Below are positions 18,695-28,587 of a stretch of 64,000 bases of DNA, one piece after another. A model generated the notes under the pieces. That model was not told where the DNA came from and made no database searches. It was given only the letters and a program-made list of their open reading frames with translations. Source of the DNA: Candidatus Omnitrophota bacterium. GTDB taxonomy: Bacteria > Omnitrophota > Gorgyraeia > Gygaellales > Profunditerraquicolaceae. How positions within the stretch are numbered: the first letter of the stretch is position 1; each line of letters starts with the position of its first letter. A program made the translations under genes and the position numbers. The stretch lies in NCBI GenBank assembly GCA_016208765.1, contig JACQXK010000106.1, positions 20,256 to 84,255 of the forward strand, given 5' to 3'.

Positions 18695-18722
18695 ATTCTT
18701 TCAAATTTGGAGGAGGAGTGTC

Positions 18723-19904
18723 ATGGCAAAATTAACTTTAAAAGACATTGATTTAAAAAATAAGGTTGTTTTATGCAGGGCAGATTTTAATGTGCCTCAG
18801 GACGCCGGCTTAAAGATCACCGATGATACGCGTATCCGGGCAACGCTTCCGACAATCAGGTATATTTTAGAAAATGGCGCAAAAAAGCTGGTTTTAGTCA
18901 GCCATCTTGGCAGGCCGGATGGAAAAGTTGTGGAAAAATACAGCCTTAAGCCGGTGGCTTTAAGGCTAAGCGAGCTTCTTGGCGAGCCGGTTAAGTTTGT
19001 TAATGAGTGTGTTGGGGAGAGCGTAAAAAAAGAAATTGATCTTTCTAAAGAAAGGGTAGTTCTTCTGGAAAATTTGCGTTTTCATGCAGAGGAAGAGGCA
19101 AACGACGCTAATTTTGCCAAGCAGCTTGCATCTTTAGCTGATATTTTTGTAAATGATGCCTTTGGAACCGCGCACCGGGCGCATGCTTCAACTGAAGGAG
19201 TAACGCATTATTTAAAGAGCGCTGCCGGATTTTTATTGGGAAAAGAAATCCAATATTTAGGAAGTGCGCTGCAAAATCCTCTGCGGCCATTTGTGGTGAT
19301 CCTCGGAGGAGCAAAGGTGTCAGATAAGATCGGCGTAATTGATAACCTGTTGCCAAAAGCCGATGCGATCATCATCGGTGGCGGCATGGCATATACTTTT
19401 TTGAAGGCTCAGGGTAAAAATATCGGTAATTCAAAACTGGAAAAAGACAAATTAGATTTGGCAAAATCAATACTTGAGAAATCAGAACAGCTGAAAAAAG
19501 AAATAATTCTTCCGGTAGATAATGTAGTTGTAGATAATATTGCTCAAGATGCAAAGATTGAGATTGTAGCGGATAACATACCGGACGGAAAGATTGCGGT
19601 TGATATCGGGCCAAAGACAATTGCCTTGTTTGAGGCTGAACTTAAATCGGCAAAGACAATTGTCTGGAACGGGCCATTAGGTATTTTTGAGATGGATCCT
19701 TTTAGCAAAGGGACTAAGGAAGTAGCTATGTTTATCGCAGGCCTTGAGTGTACTTCAATTATTGGCGGAGGAGATACTGCTGCTGCGGTTACAAAATTTG
19801 AAGTTGAAGATAAAATGTCCCATGTTTCAACCGGTGGCGGAGCAAGCCTTGAATATTTAGAAGGTAAAAATCTGCCCGGTGTAGCGGCTTTAACGGAGAA
19901 GTAA
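18723..19904 (+). CDS. pgk: Phosphoglycerate kinase
   Basis: It has the N-terminal R-x-D-x-N-VP block and a hinge and C-domain ending GGGASLEYLEGK. Confidence 0.9.
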   Translation: MAKLTLKDIDLKNKVVLCRADFNVPQDAGLKITDDTRIRATLPTIRYILENGAKKLVLVSHLGRPDGKVVEKYSLKPVALRLSELLGEPVKFVNECVGESVKKEIDLSKERVVLLENLRFHAEEEANDANFAKQLASLADIFVNDAFGTAHRAHASTEGVTHYLKSAAGFLLGKEIQYLGSALQNPLRPFVVILGGAKVSDKIGVIDNLLPKADAIIIGGGMAYTFLKAQGKNIGNSKLEKDKLDLAKSILEKSEQLKKEIILPVDNVVVDNIAQDAKIEIVADNIPDGKIAVDIGPKTIALFEAELKSAKTIVWNGPLGIFEMDPFSKGTKEVAMFIAGLECTSIIGGGDTAAAVTKFEVEDKMSHVSTGGGASLEYLEGKNLPGVAALTEK

Positions 19905-19905
19905 G

Positions 19906-20673
19906 ATGAGAAAGATTATTATTGCTGGAAACTGGAAGATGTATAAGACAATTAAGGATGGGCAAGAGCTAGTTGTGGCTTTAAGAAGAGATCTCTATCA
20001 GATAGAAAACATAGATATTGTGGTTTGTCCGCCTTTTACATTATTGGCATATTTGGCAGATGCGTTGGAAACAAGTAATATAAAAATTGGCGCTCAAAAT
20101 GTCTATTGGCAGGAAGAAGGTGCTTTTACAGGAGAGGTTTCTTCCAAGATGCTTCTTGATGTAGGTTGCAGTTACGTAATTATTGGACACTCCGAGCGCA
20201 GGCAGTTCTTTGGCGAAACCAACGAGACGGTAAATAAAAAAATAAAGGCCGCGCTAAAGAACGGTTTGATTCCGATTATTTGTGTAGGAGAGACATTGGT
20301 TGAGCGAGAAGCGGGAGAAACTTTTAAGGTTTTAGAGGATCATGTAAGAAATGGCCTCGTTGATATCAGCACTGATGATGCGCTAAAGATAATTATTGCT
20401 TATGAGCCTGTTTGGGCGATTGGTACTGGAAGGACTGCCAGCCCTCAGCAGGCTCAGGAAGCGCATAAGTATATCCGCGGCCTGCTTGTAAAAATATTCA
20501 ATGAAGATGTTGCAAGCCAAATTCGTATTCAGTATGGCGGCAGCGTTAAGCCTGAAAATACTGAAGAATTAATGAAGCAACCAGACGTGGATGGAGCGCT
20601 TGTAGGGGGAGCTAGCCTTAAGGCAGATTCATTCACTGAAATAGTAAAGAAAGCAGGTGAAGTGGTAAAATGA
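19906..20673 (+). CDS. tpiA: Triosephosphate isomerase
   Basis: It has AGNWKM, IGHSERR and the catalytic AYEPVWAIGTG loop. Confidence 0.9.
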   Translation: MRKIIIAGNWKMYKTIKDGQELVVALRRDLYQIENIDIVVCPPFTLLAYLADALETSNIKIGAQNVYWQEEGAFTGEVSSKMLLDVGCSYVIIGHSERRQFFGETNETVNKKIKAALKNGLIPIICVGETLVEREAGETFKVLEDHVRNGLVDISTDDALKIIIAYEPVWAIGTGRTASPQQAQEAHKYIRGLLVKIFNEDVASQIRIQYGGSVKPENTEELMKQPDVDGALVGGASLKADSFTEIVKKAGEVVK

Positions 20674-21074
20674 TGATTTTATTAATTATTTTGCATGTAA
20701 TTGCTTGTATAGGATTAATCGGGATTGTGTTGATACAGCGCGGCAGGGGAAGCGGTTTAGTGGAGAGCTTTCAGGGCGTAGAGTCTATGTTTGGCACCAA
20801 GACTAATGAATTCTTGACCCGCTCAACTACAGTGCTTTCAGTTATATTTTTTATTACCTGCCTTAGCCTTGCAATATTATCAGTTAAGCAGAGTAAATCC
20901 CTGATGAGTAACGCGAATGCGCCAATACAGGCAGATGTTTCTCAGGAAACAAAAAATACAGAACAAAAGAATCCAGCTGCTCAAGAAGCAGTAAAAAAAG
21001 AGGAGCCTGTAAAACAGGAAACGCCTGATCAGGCACCTAAGACTCAAGCGCCGGAAGCAAACAAGCCTAAATAA
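20670..21074 (+). CDS. secG: Preprotein translocase subunit SecG with a low-complexity C-terminal extension
   Basis: The N-terminal TM helix followed by LIQRGRGSGL and a second TM helix is the SecG signature. The C-terminal 50 aa are Pro/Gln/Lys/Glu-rich. Confidence 0.65.
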   Translation: MMILLIILHVIACIGLIGIVLIQRGRGSGLVESFQGVESMFGTKTNEFLTRSTTVLSVIFFITCLSLAILSVKQSKSLMSNANAPIQADVSQETKNTEQKNPAAQEAVKKEEPVKQETPDQAPKTQAPEANKPK

Positions 21075-21078
21075 TTTA

Positions 21079-22710
21079 ATGCCCAAGTTATCAGGACAAA
21101 TAACGAGGCTATCATTTTTAATGGTAGCCTCGTTTGTTTTTTTACCGTGTTTTTTTATAAGCAGCATGCTATTTGCCGGTGATATAACTACTCCTGATTA
21201 TGGCGATGCCATTGTAAGCGCTTCCATTGCTGACGCGCGCACGCTTGTGCCAATCCTTGCTTCTGATTCGGCATCAAGTGAAATTTGCTCAATGATCTTT
21301 AACGGTCTGGTTAAGTACGATAAAGATATTAATCTTACCGGGGACCTGGCCCAGAGCTGGGAAATCAGTAACGACGGCCTTGTAATAATCTTCCACTTAA
21401 GAAAGAATGTCCGTTGGCATGATGGCGCTCCTTTTACTGCGCAAGACGTTGAATTTACCTATAAGAAATTAATTGATCCAAACGTAAAGACACCATATGG
21501 CGGTGATTTTGAGAGGGTAAAATCATTTGAGATCATTGACGATTATACAATAAAAGTTACCTATAAGGAGCCATTTGTTCCGGCATTAAGCAGTTGGGCG
21601 ATGTCAGTTATCCCTAAGCATTTATTGGAGAAAGAAGACCTTAATACCACTAAATTCTCCAGGCATCCTATCGGCACCGGGCCATATAAGTTTAAGTCCT
21701 GGAAAACTCAGGAGAAAATTGAACTGGAAGCCAATCCTGATTATTTTGAGCACAAGCCTTATATCGGCCGTTATATCTCTAGGATAATCCCGGATGAGTC
21801 AACCATATTTCTTGAGTTACAAACACAAGGTATAGATTCTTCAGGTATCTCGCCTTTACAATATACGCGCCAAACTGACACGCCTTTTTTTAAAAAACAT
21901 TACCGCAAGTTTCGCCTGCCGAGCTTTTCTTATTTATATCTGGGTTATAATTTAAGGGATGCTAAGTTTAGCGATAAGCGTGTGCGCCAGGCATTGAATT
22001 ATGCTGTTGATAAAAATGAAATTATTAAAATTGTGCTTCTTGGCCTGGGTGAGGTTGCCACAGGGCCATATTTACCCGGTACTTTTGCCTACAATGAAAA
22101 AGTATTGCCTGCTTCTTTTAATCCGGATAAGGCGAGAAAATTGCTGAATGAAGCCGGCTGGAAAGATGAAAATAACGACGGTTGGCTTGAGAAAGACGGA
22201 AAAAAGTTTGAATTTACAATCCTTACAAATCAGGGTAATGAGGAGCGGCTCAAGGTGGCGCAGATCATCCAGCGCAGGCTTAAAGAAATCGGCGTAAAGG
22301 TAAATGTGCGGGTGGTAGAGTGGAGCGTATTTTTGACAGAATTTATAGAAAAAAGAAAGTTTGAAACGGTATTGCTTGGCTGGTCTTTGCCGCGGGAACC
22401 GGATAATTATGATATTTGGCATTCTTCAAAGACCAATGAAGGGCAATTTAATTTTATCGGATATAAAAATGAAGAGATTGATGATTTATTGACGCAGGGA
22501 AGGCGGATTTTTGACCCGGAGAAACGCAAGGCCTTTTATCAAAGAGCGCATGAGATCCTCTATGATGAGCAGCCGTATATGTTTATTTATGTGCCTGATG
22601 GGCTTTCAATTTTACATAATCGTTTTGAAGGAATTAAGCCTGCTCCTATCGGAATTGGATATAATTTTATTGATTGGTGGGTCCCAAAAGCAAAGCAAAA
22701 ATATAAATGA
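21079..22710 (+). CDS. Peptide/nickel ABC transporter substrate-binding protein (SBP family 5, OppA/DppA-like)
   Basis: It is 543 aa with a signal peptide. Family-5 SBP blocks are present. It heads an oppBCDF-type operon. Confidence 0.75.
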   Translation: MPKLSGQITRLSFLMVASFVFLPCFFISSMLFAGDITTPDYGDAIVSASIADARTLVPILASDSASSEICSMIFNGLVKYDKDINLTGDLAQSWEISNDGLVIIFHLRKNVRWHDGAPFTAQDVEFTYKKLIDPNVKTPYGGDFERVKSFEIIDDYTIKVTYKEPFVPALSSWAMSVIPKHLLEKEDLNTTKFSRHPIGTGPYKFKSWKTQEKIELEANPDYFEHKPYIGRYISRIIPDESTIFLELQTQGIDSSGISPLQYTRQTDTPFFKKHYRKFRLPSFSYLYLGYNLRDAKFSDKRVRQALNYAVDKNEIIKIVLLGLGEVATGPYLPGTFAYNEKVLPASFNPDKARKLLNEAGWKDENNDGWLEKDGKKFEFTILTNQGNEERLKVAQIIQRRLKEIGVKVNVRVVEWSVFLTEFIEKRKFETVLLGWSLPREPDNYDIWHSSKTNEGQFNFIGYKNEEIDDLLTQGRRIFDPEKRKAFYQRAHEILYDEQPYMFIYVPDGLSILHNRFEGIKPAPIGIGYNFIDWWVPKAKQKYK

Positions 22711-23681
22711 TTAAATTCATAATGCGAAGATTGTTTGGTTTGGTGCCGATGTTATTCGGGATTACCCTGATCAGCTTTATGGTCATTAAGCTTGCTCCCG
22801 GAAAACCGGTGATGCTGCAGTATTCGCTTAATCCAAAGATCTCGCTTGAAGAAATCAAACGCCTTGAAAAAATTGAGGGATTTGATAAACCGCTTTATGC
22901 TCAATATCTTAACTGGTTAAGTAATATTTCGCGTTTTAATTTCGGGAGGTCAATTGCCGACGGAAGGTTTGTCACTCAGAAAATTGCTGAGCGCCTGCCT
23001 GTAACATTAACTATAAACATCCTTTCACTATTTCTGATTTTCTTGATTGCCTTGCCCTGGGGCATCAGATCTGCTTTAAGGCAAGGCTCATTGTTTGATA
23101 AAATCTCTACTTTAGTGACGTTTTTGCTGTTTGCTGCTCCTACGTTTTGGCTGGCGCTTCTTTTAATGCAGCTATTTTGTATTCAACTTGGGTGGCTTCC
23201 CATTTCGGGGATAACTTCACTTGATTTTGAACATCTAAATTTATGGCAAAAATTTCTTGATCTGGGCAGGCATTTGTTCCTGCCGGTTTTAGTTTCTGCA
23301 TTAGCTGGTTTTGCCGGGATCTGCCGTTATATGCGCTCAAACATGATTGAGGCATTGCGCCAGCCTTATATTTATACTGCGAGGGCAAAGGGATTGCCAG
23401 AAAACAGGATAATTTATAAACATGCTTTGCGTAATGCCCTTCTTCCGATCATTACTATCTTGGGGTTGTCGCTTCCGGGTTTATTGGGAGGAAGTATTAT
23501 TTTTGAATCAATTTTTGCAATCCCCGGTATTGGGAGGCTTTTTTATGAAGCAGCCATGATGAGAGATATGAATCTTATTATGGCCGAAATAGTTTTAGTG
23601 GCGGTATTGACAATGTTGGGAAATTTAATTGCAGATGTTTTATATGCGTACGTGGATCCGCGGATCCGCTACAAGAAATAA
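22707..23681 (+). CDS. ABC transporter permease (OppB/DppB-like)
   Basis: It has six TM helices and an EAA-like loop ARAKGL. The start overlaps the upstream gene as ATGA. Confidence 0.8.
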   Translation: MIKFIMRRLFGLVPMLFGITLISFMVIKLAPGKPVMLQYSLNPKISLEEIKRLEKIEGFDKPLYAQYLNWLSNISRFNFGRSIADGRFVTQKIAERLPVTLTINILSLFLIFLIALPWGIRSALRQGSLFDKISTLVTFLLFAAPTFWLALLLMQLFCIQLGWLPISGITSLDFEHLNLWQKFLDLGRHLFLPVLVSALAGFAGICRYMRSNMIEALRQPYIYTARAKGLPENRIIYKHALRNALLPIITILGLSLPGLLGGSIIFESIFAIPGIGRLFYEAAMMRDMNLIMAEIVLVAVLTMLGNLIADVLYAYVDPRIRYKK

Positions 23682-23689
23682 GGCTAAAA

Positions 23690-24484
23690 ATGCAGGATAA
23701 ATCATTAAAAATCGGGATTTTCATCATTGGCCTGTTTGTTGTTATGGCAATTTTTGCTCCAATTATCAGCCCGTATGATCCATCGGCAATTGATCAGGAT
23801 GGTTTGCTGATGCCGCCGTCATTTAAACATTTCTTAGGAACAGATACCTTAGGAAGGGATCTGTTTAGCAGGATTGTTTTTGGCTCAAGGATATCCTTGG
23901 GAATTGGTTTGGTGGCAGTAGGGATAGCTACCCTTGTCGGGCTTATGCTGGGAGCAACTGCGGGATTTTACGGCCGCAGGGTTGATACAGTAATAATGCG
24001 TTTTGTAGATATCATGCTTTGTTTTCCCACATTTTATCTGATACTTGCTGTGGCAGCTATTTTGGGGCCATCTGTGTTTAATATTATGATAATTGTCGGC
24101 CTTACCAGCTGGATGGGTGTGGCGCGCCTTGTGCGCGGAGAGATCCTTTCATTAAAGGAGCGGGAGTTCATCCAGGCTGAAAGGTCTATCGGAGCATCAA
24201 ACCTGCGTATTATTGTGCGTCACCTTATTCCAAATGCCATCGGCCCGGTTTTAGTAAGCGCGACCTTAGGGATCGGCGGGGCAATACTTTTGGAATCAGG
24301 CTTAAGTTTTTTAGGATTAGGCGTGCAGCCTCCCACTCCAAGCTGGGGGAACATTTTAATTGAGTCAAAATCCACTTTGGGCGTGGCTTGGTGGATTACT
24401 ATTTTTCCGGGTTTTGCGATATTGATTACAATTCTGGGTTTTAACCTTATTTCTGAAGGTTTAAAAAAGAAGATGGGTAACTAA
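23690..24484 (+). CDS. ABC transporter permease (OppC/DppC-like)
   Basis: It is a BPD_transp_1 permease with an EAA-like loop AERSIGAS. Confidence 0.8.
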   Translation: MQDKSLKIGIFIIGLFVVMAIFAPIISPYDPSAIDQDGLLMPPSFKHFLGTDTLGRDLFSRIVFGSRISLGIGLVAVGIATLVGLMLGATAGFYGRRVDTVIMRFVDIMLCFPTFYLILAVAAILGPSVFNIMIIVGLTSWMGVARLVRGEILSLKEREFIQAERSIGASNLRIIVRHLIPNAIGPVLVSATLGIGGAILLESGLSFLGLGVQPPTPSWGNILIESKSTLGVAWWITIFPGFAILITILGFNLISEGLKKKMGN

Positions 24485-24486
24485 TT

Positions 24487-25281
24487 ATGGAAAATCTGCT
24501 GGAAATAAAAAATTTAAAAGTGGATTTTTTTGTAAATAAAAAACTCGTTCCTGTTATTGACGGCGTTAGTTTTTGTATTAATAAAGACGAGGTTTTGGTT
24601 TTAGCCGGCGAATCCGGCTCCGGAAAGACTCTTTCCGCGTTATCCATTACTAAAATCCTTCCGCATAATGCGATTATCACCTCAGGCAGCATTAAGTTTT
24701 CAGGTTCGGATTTGTTAGTGATGGATGAAAAGCAATTAGTTGATATAAGGGGCAGGGAAATTGCCTATATTTTTCAAGAGCCGACAAGCTATCTTAATCC
24801 TGTTTTTACCATCGGCGATCAGATCACAGAAGTAATTATGCTGCACCAGAACAAAAATAAAGAAAGCGCCATTGAAGAGGCCAAAGAGTTATTAAGCCTG
24901 GTAAAAATCAAAGAGCCAAAAAGGGTTTTGTTTGATTATCCGCATCAACTTTCAGGAGGGATGAACCAGCGAGTTTTTCTGGCAATGGCATTGGCATGCA
25001 GGCCCAGGCTTTTAATTGCTGATGAACCTACAACTGCACTGGATGTAACTATTGAGGCGCAAATTTTGCAATTGTTGTTAGAGCTTAAGAAAACAATGGG
25101 TTTTTCTCTTTTATTTATTACGCATAATTTGTCAATTGCCAAAAGAATCGCGAATCGTATCTGCATAATGCATAAAGGTAAAATTGTAGAAGAGGGAAGC
25201 GTTGAAAAGATATTTGACGCACCAGAGCATTTTCATACGCGCGAATTGATAAATGCCTATGAAAAGATAGGAAAGCTATGA
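24487..25281 (+). CDS. ABC transporter ATP-binding protein (OppD/DppD-like)
   Basis: Walker A is GESGSGKT, the signature is LSGGMNQR, and Walker B is LLIADE. Confidence 0.85.
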   Translation: MENLLEIKNLKVDFFVNKKLVPVIDGVSFCINKDEVLVLAGESGSGKTLSALSITKILPHNAIITSGSIKFSGSDLLVMDEKQLVDIRGREIAYIFQEPTSYLNPVFTIGDQITEVIMLHQNKNKESAIEEAKELLSLVKIKEPKRVLFDYPHQLSGGMNQRVFLAMALACRPRLLIADEPTTALDVTIEAQILQLLLELKKTMGFSLLFITHNLSIAKRIANRICIMHKGKIVEEGSVEKIFDAPEHFHTRELINAYEKIGKL

Positions 25282-26030
25282 TTTTGGAAGTTAAGAATAT
25301 ATCTAAATATTTTACAATTGAGCGCGGGGTATTTAAGGCTGAGGCTGGCTTGGTGAAGGCGCTTGATGGCGTCAGTTTCAGTGTTAATGAATATGATACC
25401 CTGGGAATCGTTGGAGAATCCGGCTCCGGTAAGACTACGCTTGCAAAGATAATTATTGATTTGATTCCTGCCACAAGCGGAGAAGTTGTATTTGCCCCTG
25501 AATTAATTCAAGATTTAAGAAAAGATGTGCAGATAGTTTTTCAAAACCCTTATAACAGCCTTAATCCTAAAATGCGCATTTCTGAAATACTTTCTGAGCC
25601 ATTATTAATTCACAATATAGTCCCCAAGCCTTTTATTAAAGAAAGGACGCTGGAACTTTTGCGTCTTGTAGGGCTTGATGAAGACGTGTTAGGGCGTTTT
25701 CCGATTGAATTCTCCGGAGGACAGCGTCAACGGATCTGTATTGCCCGCGCTTTGGCCAGCCAGCCAAAATTTATCATATTAGATGAGCCGATTTCTTCCC
25801 TGGACCTGATTATCCAGGCACAGATGCTGGATTTATTTTTTGAATTAAAACAAAGGTTAAAACTTACTTATATCTTTGTTAGCCATAATCTGGCAGTGGT
25901 AAAACATATAGCTGATTCTGTACTGGTGATGGAAAATGGCAGGGTGGTTGAGATGGGAAATATTGATGAGATTTTTTATTCTCCGAAGCACCCTTATACC
26001 AAGGCATTATTAGATGCAGCGAGAAGTTAA
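25278..26030 (+). CDS. ABC transporter ATP-binding protein (OppF/DppF-like)
   Basis: Walker A is GESGSGKTT, the signature is FSGGQRQR, and Walker B is FIILDE. Confidence 0.85.
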   Translation: MILEVKNISKYFTIERGVFKAEAGLVKALDGVSFSVNEYDTLGIVGESGSGKTTLAKIIIDLIPATSGEVVFAPELIQDLRKDVQIVFQNPYNSLNPKMRISEILSEPLLIHNIVPKPFIKERTLELLRLVGLDEDVLGRFPIEFSGGQRQRICIARALASQPKFIILDEPISSLDLIIQAQMLDLFFELKQRLKLTYIFVSHNLAVVKHIADSVLVMENGRVVEMGNIDEIFYSPKHPYTKALLDAARS

Positions 26031-26042
26031 ACATACTGAGCA

Positions 26043-26145
26043 CGCCTGGCCGCGAAGCGGCAGGCGAGGCGAAGAATCTGATCCTTCACTCGCTATCGCT
26101 CGTTCAGGATGACACCAAGTACGCTTCTTCAGGATGATTCTTTTT
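26043..26145 (+). other. GC-rich structured intergenic element (nested hairpins, 10-nt direct repeat, U-rich tail); candidate terminator, REP-like element or small RNA
   Basis: An 11-bp GC stem CGCCTGGCCGC/GCGGCAGGCG with a GAA loop lies at 26043-26066. A second long-range stem GAAGAATC..GATTCTTT encloses an approximately 55-nt insert and ends in TTTTTGCATTTT. The direct repeat TTCAGGATGA sits at 26103 and 26128. The element is locally GC-rich, unlike the AT-rich flanks. Confidence 0.3.
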
Positions 26146-26190
26146 GCATTTTACTTGCGTTTTGAGGGCAAATATATATAATATAAACTT

Positions 26191-26787
26191 ATGAAACACT
26201 TTGAGTTATTTCTGTTAAGCTTCATTCCTATTTTTGTTGCTGTTGATGCAATTGGCAATATTCCCTTGTTTGTTTCACTTGTGCAGGGAACGACAAAGGC
26301 ACAGCGGCATAAAATTATCGCTAATTCTATTACTACCGCAACAAGCGTGGCAGTAGTATTTATGCTTGCTGGAAAGTGGGTTCTAAATCTTTTAGGGATC
26401 ACTATCCAGGATTTTCAGATCGCAGGCGGCCTGCTTCTTTTTGTAATTGCAGCCAAGCTTCTTTTACCGGGAGGAGGAAAGACCTCTTTGGTTAATAGCC
26501 ATGAAAAAGATTTGGGAGTTTTTCCTTTAGGCACACCTCTTATTACCGGCCCTGCTGTATTGACCACTACTTTAATGATGCTGGATAGCTATGGGATTGT
26601 AGCTACATTTGTTTCCTTAGTATTGAATATGTTGATTGTCTGGATAACTTTAGTCAAGGCTGATAATATTATGAAGATTCTCGGCGAGGGAGGCACGCGA
26701 GCTTTTGCAAAGATTATGTATATATTGCTTGCTGCTATTAGTATTATGATGATCCGCCGCGGGATTTTGGGGGTGTTTGTAAGATGA
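26191..26787 (+). CDS. MarC-family (UPF0056) integral membrane protein
   Basis: It is about 200 aa with six TM helices and the MarC-family N-terminal FIPIFVAVDAIGNIPLF block. Confidence 0.65.
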   Translation: MKHFELFLLSFIPIFVAVDAIGNIPLFVSLVQGTTKAQRHKIIANSITTATSVAVVFMLAGKWVLNLLGITIQDFQIAGGLLLFVIAAKLLLPGGGKTSLVNSHEKDLGVFPLGTPLITGPAVLTTTLMMLDSYGIVATFVSLVLNMLIVWITLVKADNIMKILGEGGTRAFAKIMYILLAAISIMMIRRGILGVFVR

Positions 26788-28010
26788 TGAAAAAGGTGCT
26801 TACCTTTATTATGGCCGGCGGTAAAGGAGAAAGATTGTATCCTTTAACCAAGGATCGCACAAAACCTGCAGTGCCATTCGGCGGGATTTACCGGATCATT
26901 GATTTTACCTTAAGTAATTGTATTAATTCCGGCCTTCGTCGTATCTATGTGTTAACCCAGTATAAATCAGCGTCTTTGCAGAGGCATATCCGCCTTGGCT
27001 GGAATTTTCTTCCTTCCGAGCTGGAACAATTTATAGAATTATTGCCTGCACAGCAGCGAATAGGTGACACCTGGTATTTGGGTACGGCTGATGCTATTTA
27101 TCAGAATTTTTATGCTGTAGAAATGGATAAATCAGATGAGGTTTTAATCCTTGCAGGCGACCATGTTTATAAAATGAATTATTATTCAATGATAGATTAT
27201 CATCGTGCCGTGGATGCGGATTTAACTGTGGGGGTTGTTGAGGTTGATAAGGAACGTTCTGACCAACTGGGAGTAGTAGAAGTTGATGCTGATGGAACTG
27301 TTGTCGGCTTTCAGGAAAAACCAAAACATCCCAAGACAATTCCTGCGCATCCGGATAAAATATATGCTTCTATGGGTATATATGTTTTTAAGCATGAAGT
27401 TCTTGAAAAGGAGTTACTGGAGGATACAAAACATTCGGGATCAAGCCATGATTTTGGCAAGGACATTATCCCCGGAATGATTAAGAAAGGCGCAAAGATT
27501 GCTGCCTATAATTTTATTGATGAAAATAAAAAAGAGGCGCAATACTGGCGCGATATCGGTACCATTGACGCTTATTTTGAGGCCAATATGGATTTGATCA
27601 AGCCTGAACCTGTGTTCAATCTTTATGACCGCGTCTGGCCGGTAAGGACTTTTCAGGAACAGTTTCCTCCTGCAAAGACTATCCATGCCGGTGAAGAAAT
27701 GGTTGGAAGGGTCGGCCTTGCGCTTGATTCTGTGGTTTCTCATGGTTGTGTTGTCAGTGGCGGAAGGATTCAGCGTTCAATACTTTCTCCCAATGTAAGG
27801 ATCAACAGTTATTCCGAGGTCTATGATTCCATACTGATGGAAGGAGTTAATGTCGGCAGGTACGCAAAGATTAAAAGAGCGATTATTGATAAAGATATAG
27901 ATATCCCCCAGGGAATGGTCATCGGCTATGATTTGAATGAGGACAAAAAACGTTTTTCTGTAACAGAATCAGGCATAGTTGTTGTGGCAAAAGGGACTGA
28001 AATAAAATAA
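26784..28010 (+). CDS. glgC: Glucose-1-phosphate adenylyltransferase
   Basis: It has the IMAGGKGERLYPLTKDRTKPAVPFGG block and the GTADAIYQN motif. A C-terminal left-handed beta-helix is present. Confidence 0.8.
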   Translation: MMKKVLTFIMAGGKGERLYPLTKDRTKPAVPFGGIYRIIDFTLSNCINSGLRRIYVLTQYKSASLQRHIRLGWNFLPSELEQFIELLPAQQRIGDTWYLGTADAIYQNFYAVEMDKSDEVLILAGDHVYKMNYYSMIDYHRAVDADLTVGVVEVDKERSDQLGVVEVDADGTVVGFQEKPKHPKTIPAHPDKIYASMGIYVFKHEVLEKELLEDTKHSGSSHDFGKDIIPGMIKKGAKIAAYNFIDENKKEAQYWRDIGTIDAYFEANMDLIKPEPVFNLYDRVWPVRTFQEQFPPAKTIHAGEEMVGRVGLALDSVVSHGCVVSGGRIQRSILSPNVRINSYSEVYDSILMEGVNVGRYAKIKRAIIDKDIDIPQGMVIGYDLNEDKKRFSVTESGIVVVAKGTEIK

Positions 28011-28025
28011 TACGGACTGCGAATA

Positions 28026-28475
28026 ATGATCAGAAAAGCAAAAATAAAAGATATAAAACAAATTCAGGCGCTTATTAACGGTTTTGCAAAAAAAGATTTA
28101 ATGTTGCCGCGTTCTTTAAATGAGTTATATGAGAATATGCGGGATTTCTGGATAATTGAGGAGAAGGGAAAAATCTTAGGGTGCGCTGCTTTGCATGTTT
28201 CATGGGATGATCTGACTGAAATTAAGTCTTTGGCAGTGGCAAAAGATCAACAGAAAAAAGGTTTAGGCAGAAAATTAATAGAGTCATGCCTTGATGAAGC
28301 AAGGCAAATAGGCGCTAAAAAGATTTTTGTGCTGACTTACAAACCGGATTTATTTAAATCTTTTGGTTTTAAGAAAACCACCCATAACAGCCTTCCTCAT
28401 AAAGTCTGGGCCGAGTGTATCAATTGCTGTAAATTCCCGGATTGTCAGGAAATCGCTTTATTAAAAAACTTGTGA
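28026..28475 (+). CDS. GNAT-family N-acetyltransferase (short ArgA-like amino-acid N-acetyltransferase)
   Basis: It is 149 aa. The acetyl-CoA motif is QQKKGLGRKLIE. Its size and motifs match single-domain N-acetylglutamate-synthase-like GNATs. Confidence 0.55.
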   Translation: MIRKAKIKDIKQIQALINGFAKKDLMLPRSLNELYENMRDFWIIEEKGKILGCAALHVSWDDLTEIKSLAVAKDQQKKGLGRKLIESCLDEARQIGAKKIFVLTYKPDLFKSFGFKKTTHNSLPHKVWAECINCCKFPDCQEIALLKNL

Positions 28476-28587
28476 AAAGAAATAATTGTGTTATAATTTT
28501 AACTTTGAAATTTGGATATAGGGTTTATTTAAGCTGTGTTATTTAAAAAATTAATTTTCTAAGAAGTATACAAAATCGGAGGCATAA

